NCBI GenBank assembly: GCA_963806635.1
Contig: CAWDZA010000015.1
Span: 560,538 to 624,537 of the forward strand
Direction of reading: 5' to 3'
Source of the DNA: an uncultured Chloroflexia bacterium
GTDB taxonomy: Bacteria; Chloroflexota; Anaerolineae; Anaerolineales; Anaerolineaceae
DNA: 64,000 nt
A program made the translations under genes and the position numbers. Positions 60,833 to 64,000 of this stretch are shown here, one piece after another (positions within the stretch are counted from its first letter, which is position 1; each line of letters begins with the position of its first letter). The notes under the pieces are model-generated. The model ran no database searches. It saw nothing but the letters and a program-made list of their open reading frames with translations, and had not been told where the DNA came from.

Positions 60833-63130
60833 CTATCCTTTTTGTGTAATTGCTGAGGCAACCATGATTTGACCCAGCGAGATTGAACCATCATTGGCTG
60901 GCACCTGATGGTGCCAAAGAACTTCGAACCCATTCGATTCAAGAAGATTAATTGTACCTTCCAAAAGGTGCATGTTTTGCCAAACGCCGCCGCTGAGGGC
61001 AACTGTGGAAATACCAGTCTTAGATTTGATCTTTTGAGCGGCTGTGAGAACCACGCGAGCCAGCGTGTGATGAAATTTACAGGATATGCGGGATACTTGG
61101 ACGTCTTTACGGATATCAGCAACAATTTCGCGCAGCATTTGTGAGACGTCAATCTGATCCGCGTGGAAATCGAAACCATACCCTTCACGGTCGTTAACCA
61201 GACTGATTGCATTTTCCAAATCTATAGCCGCTTGTCCCTCATACGTAGTAAGATGACAAATTCCCAGAAGAGAGGAAACTGCGTCGAACAACCGGCCAAT
61301 CGAAGATGTGGGAGGCGCATTGATCCCCTTCTGCAACTGCTGGAGGATCAAAGTTTTCTCCTGAACGGATGTTGCCTGGACTGGCGCCAAATCTTCATCC
61401 CAGGAAATACCTGCTTTCCAGAGGTGAGCAAGTGCGGAGCGGGAGGGTTTGGAAATTGCTGCATCACCTCCAGGGAGAGGGGTATATGCCAGATGATATT
61501 CGCGAGTGAAGCTGGCATACCCGCCAAGCAGAAATTCCCCGCCCCAAATCGCTCCATCTGTTCCCAGCCCGGTGCCATCGAAACAAACCCCAATCACTGG
61601 TTCTTCCGAATCCCATTTGTTATCTGCCAGGCAGGCGGCCAGGTGGGCATGGTGGTGTTGGACTTTTACAAGCGGGATATTCTCCGCACAGGCCCGTTCT
61701 TCGGCATAGCGGCTGGAGCGGTAATCCGGGTGCAGATCGCAGGAGATTAATTTGGGGTGTACCCGAAAGAGCTGTTCAAAATGCGGGATTGCCTGGGTGA
61801 ACGATTCGCTGGTCTCCAGGTTCTCCAGATCGCCGATATGGTGGCTGATGAACGCGTAATCTTCCCTCGCAACGGTAATGGTGTTCTTCATCTCAGCCCC
61901 AACCCCCAAGATGGGAGCGACTGAAAAAGGAAGCCGAACTGGCGAGGGGACGAAACCTCGCGCCCTGCGAATTGGATATAAATCCCCTCGGAAAAATCGT
62001 ACGACAGAATCATCGGTTCGGATGTTGATCTCGCGGTTATGCATGAGAAAACCATCGGCGAGGGTTTCGAGGTTTTGCCTGGCTTCGTCATCGGTATAGG
62101 CGATGGGCTCTTCGCTTCTGTTTCCGCTGGTCATTACCAGGATTTCCGGAAAACCTGTCCGCTTTTCCAATAATAAATGGTGCAGGGGTGTATAGGGCAG
62201 CATGAACCCCAGAGATTGCTGCCCGGGGGCGATCCCACCCGGAAGGGCACAACCTGGTTTTTTTTGCAGGAGAACTATGGGAGCTTCCGGAGAAAGTAAG
62301 GCGAGTTTTTCCTCATTTGAAACAAAGCAATGTCGGGTAATTACTTCCAGTGAACTTGCCATGAGTGCAAAAGGTTTTTGACTGCGTTGTTTCCGTGCTC
62401 GTAGCGTTTCTACAGTGGCTCCATTTGCGGCATCGCAGGCGAGAAGGTACCCACCAAGCCCTTTGACCGCGATGATCTTTCCGTTTTGGATCGCAGCGCG
62501 AGATTCCTGGATGGCATCTTCACCCCGGCTGGTAATGGTCCCCCCAGTTTCAAACCAGATCTGAGGTCCGCACACCGGACAAGCGACTGGCTGGGCATGA
62601 AACCGGCGGTCAAGCGGGTCGTTGTACTCTCTTTCGCAATCCGGGCACATTTGAAAACCCGCCATGGTCGTCTTTGGGCGGTCGTAGGGAATATCATTGA
62701 TAATCGTGAAGCGCGGGCCGCAATTTGTGCAATTGATAAATGGGTAGTGAAAACGCCGGTCTGTTGGATCGTACAACTCTCGCAGACAATCCGGGCAGAT
62801 GGATAAATCGGGAGAAATGGGCAGGAATTCACCTTCCATCGGCTGGCTATCGAGGATCGCGAATCCGGAGTGCATTCCCTGCTCAGCTTGCTCGACCAGA
62901 AAAGAATCGACCTTGGCGAGGCGAGGGGGAGTATCACGCAAGTGTTGAATAAACCCATCGACAGCAGACTCCGATCCGCTCGCGAGGATTTCCACCCCGT
63001 TGGAAGTATTCCGAACCCAACCTTCCACGCCGTATTTATGCGCGTATGAATACACCGTTGGACGGAATCCAACCCCCTGGACGATCCCTCGAATGTAAAG
63101 CTTTTTCGTGACGGTTTTGGAAAGATTCAC
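60833..63130 (-). CDS. hypF: Carbamoyltransferase HypF
   Basis: Acylphosphatase, two CxxC...C zinc fingers, YrdC and Kae1-like domains. Confidence 0.95.
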   Translation of the reverse strand: MNLSKTVTKKLYIRGIVQGVGFRPTVYSYAHKYGVEGWVRNTSNGVEILASGSESAVDGFIQHLRDTPPRLAKVDSFLVEQAEQGMHSGFAILDSQPMEGEFLPISPDLSICPDCLRELYDPTDRRFHYPFINCTNCGPRFTIINDIPYDRPKTTMAGFQMCPDCEREYNDPLDRRFHAQPVACPVCGPQIWFETGGTITSRGEDAIQESRAAIQNGKIIAVKGLGGYLLACDAANGATVETLRARKQRSQKPFALMASSLEVITRHCFVSNEEKLALLSPEAPIVLLQKKPGCALPGGIAPGQQSLGFMLPYTPLHHLLLEKRTGFPEILVMTSGNRSEEPIAYTDDEARQNLETLADGFLMHNREINIRTDDSVVRFFRGDLYPIRRARGFVPSPVRLPFSVAPILGVGAEMKNTITVAREDYAFISHHIGDLENLETSESFTQAIPHFEQLFRVHPKLISCDLHPDYRSSRYAEERACAENIPLVKVQHHHAHLAACLADNKWDSEEPVIGVCFDGTGLGTDGAIWGGEFLLGGYASFTREYHLAYTPLPGGDAAISKPSRSALAHLWKAGISWDEDLAPVQATSVQEKTLILQQLQKGINAPPTSSIGRLFDAVSSLLGICHLTTYEGQAAIDLENAISLVNDREGYGFDFHADQIDVSQMLREIVADIRKDVQVSRISCKFHHTLARVVLTAAQKIKSKTGISTVALSGGVWQNMHLLEGTINLLESNGFEVLWHHQVPANDGSISLGQIMVASAITQKG

Positions 63131-63146
63131 TGTTTTGTTGTAACGA

Positions 63147-63812
63147 TCATTTTTTCAAGTGGATTTTGATCCATTCGATCCAGGGTTTAAAACCTTCCCC
63201 TGTTATACAGGAAAGTGGGAAAATCTTTACCCCGGGATTCAGTAACGTGACGCCTTTTCGGAAATAATCCTCATCGAATGGGACATACGGTTTAAGGTCA
63301 GTTTTATTCAGAATTAAAACGTCCACACCACGATACATTCCCGGATATTTGTAAGGTTTATCGTCGCCTTCGGGGATACTGGCAATCAAGACCCGTGCGT
63401 TTGTGCCCAGTTCAAAGGCCGCTGGACAGACCAGGTTACCGACATTTTCGATTATGACCAGATCCAAACTCTCCAATGGTAGCTGATTCAACCCGGCTTC
63501 AATCATTGAGGAGTCCAGGTGGCAGTTACCCCCGGTATTGATCTGAACAGCAAAAGCCCCGCCTGCGGTTACTTTATCAGCGTCGATCGTAACCGCTGCT
63601 GTGTCTCCCTCGATCACACCGATGCGTGTGGTTGCTTTCAGCGTTTCAATCGTCTTCAGGATCACGCTGGTCTTTCCTGCACCGGGCGAGGCCATGATAT
63701 TTAGTGAAAATATATTGAATTTATCCAAAAGAAAGCGGTTTTTCTCAGCGAGCTGGTCGTTGGCAGAGAGAATGTTCTCAAGGATGGTGACTTTTTGATT
63801 TGACATACTCAT
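63147..63812 (-). CDS. hypB: Hydrogenase nickel incorporation GTPase HypB
   Basis: SPGAGKTS P-loop, CH..C metal site. Confidence 0.9.
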   Translation of the reverse strand: MSMSNQKVTILENILSANDQLAEKNRFLLDKFNIFSLNIMASPGAGKTSVILKTIETLKATTRIGVIEGDTAAVTIDADKVTAGGAFAVQINTGGNCHLDSSMIEAGLNQLPLESLDLVIIENVGNLVCPAAFELGTNARVLIASIPEGDDKPYKYPGMYRGVDVLILNKTDLKPYVPFDEDYFRKGVTLLNPGVKIFPLSCITGEGFKPWIEWIKIHLKK

Positions 63813-64000
63813 TTCTCGATTTCAATGCTTTCCAACTGAAATTCATCCCCGGAAAGGATCCTGACGTTATAACTTCCACAGGATGGGCATGGGCCGGGCT
63901 CAGTTCCCAGTCGATAGTGACTTTGACAATCCTGGCAGTGCATTTCAGCAGCGATACGGTTGAAATTCAGCCGAGCCTGCTCGCAAATTGTATCTCTGGC
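63809..64000 (-). CDS. hypA: Hydrogenase nickel insertion protein HypA, C-terminal 63 aa; the N-terminus lies beyond the window end
   Basis: I translated the minus strand at the window edge: ...AEMHCQDCQSHYRLGTEPGPCPSCGSYNVRILSGDEFQLESIEIEK*. This shows the zinc CxxC...CxxC. The stop overlaps the hypB start (ATGA). Confidence 0.85.
   Translation of the reverse strand, partial: ARDTICEQARLNFNRIAAEMHCQDCQSHYRLGTEPGPCPSCGSYNVRILSGDEFQLESIEIEK

Noticed and set aside
1-64000. CRISPR arrays, tRNA/rRNA genes, IS elements or integrases
   Set aside because: Intergenic regions longer than 70 nt contain no GTTCRANYC-type T-loop, no cloverleaf-length candidates and no spaced direct repeats. No transposase- or integrase-like ORFs were found.

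Overview
This 64 kb window is a gene-dense bacterial chromosomal segment of about 50% GC. It carries roughly 65 protein-coding genes, and tight operons with 4-nt ATGA overlaps are frequent. I found no rRNA, tRNA, CRISPR array, transposase or integrase. Many genes use TTG or GTG starts, and several starts in the supplied ORF track are upstream alternative starts that I corrected where a Shine-Dalgarno sequence supports it. The gene content, including a secretin-less tad pilus operon and a transaldolase/Pgi fusion, suggests a monoderm, Chloroflexota-like lineage, but I cannot confirm this from sequence alone.

Gene content from left to right:
- a DEDDh exonuclease, a degenerate UvrD-like ATPase and a canonical UvrD helicase truncated at the window start (all minus strand);
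- a lipoprotein;
- an uncharacterised membrane protein followed by ruvX, mltG and ppgK;
- a ferredoxin and Fe/Mn superoxide dismutase;
- an EamA transporter;
- the co-directional cluster cinA, amidohydrolase::CYTH fusion, glgA, malQ;
- a cNMP-binding protein;
- yraN and miaA;
- an AT-rich acyl-CoA ligase gene;
- ftsH;
- the minus-strand run efp, hpf, comF, then (upstream on the same strand) cpaB, REC-cpaE, cpaF, tadB, tadC (Tad/Flp pilus);
- a divergently transcribed pair: a helical 183-aa protein and a YdjI-like SPFH protein ending in an excisionase-type HTH;
- sucCD;
- acpP;
- fni plus a polyprenyl synthase;
- a folate cluster (folE, folK, folB, folM-like);
- a thioredoxin-like lipoprotein;
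- csoR, copZ, copA with a recognisable promoter and operator;
- tkt, rpiB and a bifunctional tal/pgi;
- an AhpD-like protein;
- a ROK kinase;
- the suf system (sufR and sufT divergent from sufC, B, D, small ORF, sufS, sufU, Rieske);
- a PIG-L deacetylase and SAM methyltransferase;
- the hydrogenase maturation operon hypA (partial at the window end), hypB, hypF, hypC, hypD, hypE.

The most unusual items are:
- the exonuclease plus inactive-looking helicase plus active helicase trio at 1-3744;
- the MtaD-like amidohydrolase fused to a CYTH domain;
- the SPFH protein with a C-terminal HTH;
- the tad operon co-transcribed with comF but with no pilin or prepilin peptidase in cis.

No single region can be called a confirmed novel system from sequence alone. 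The candidates are ranked below.
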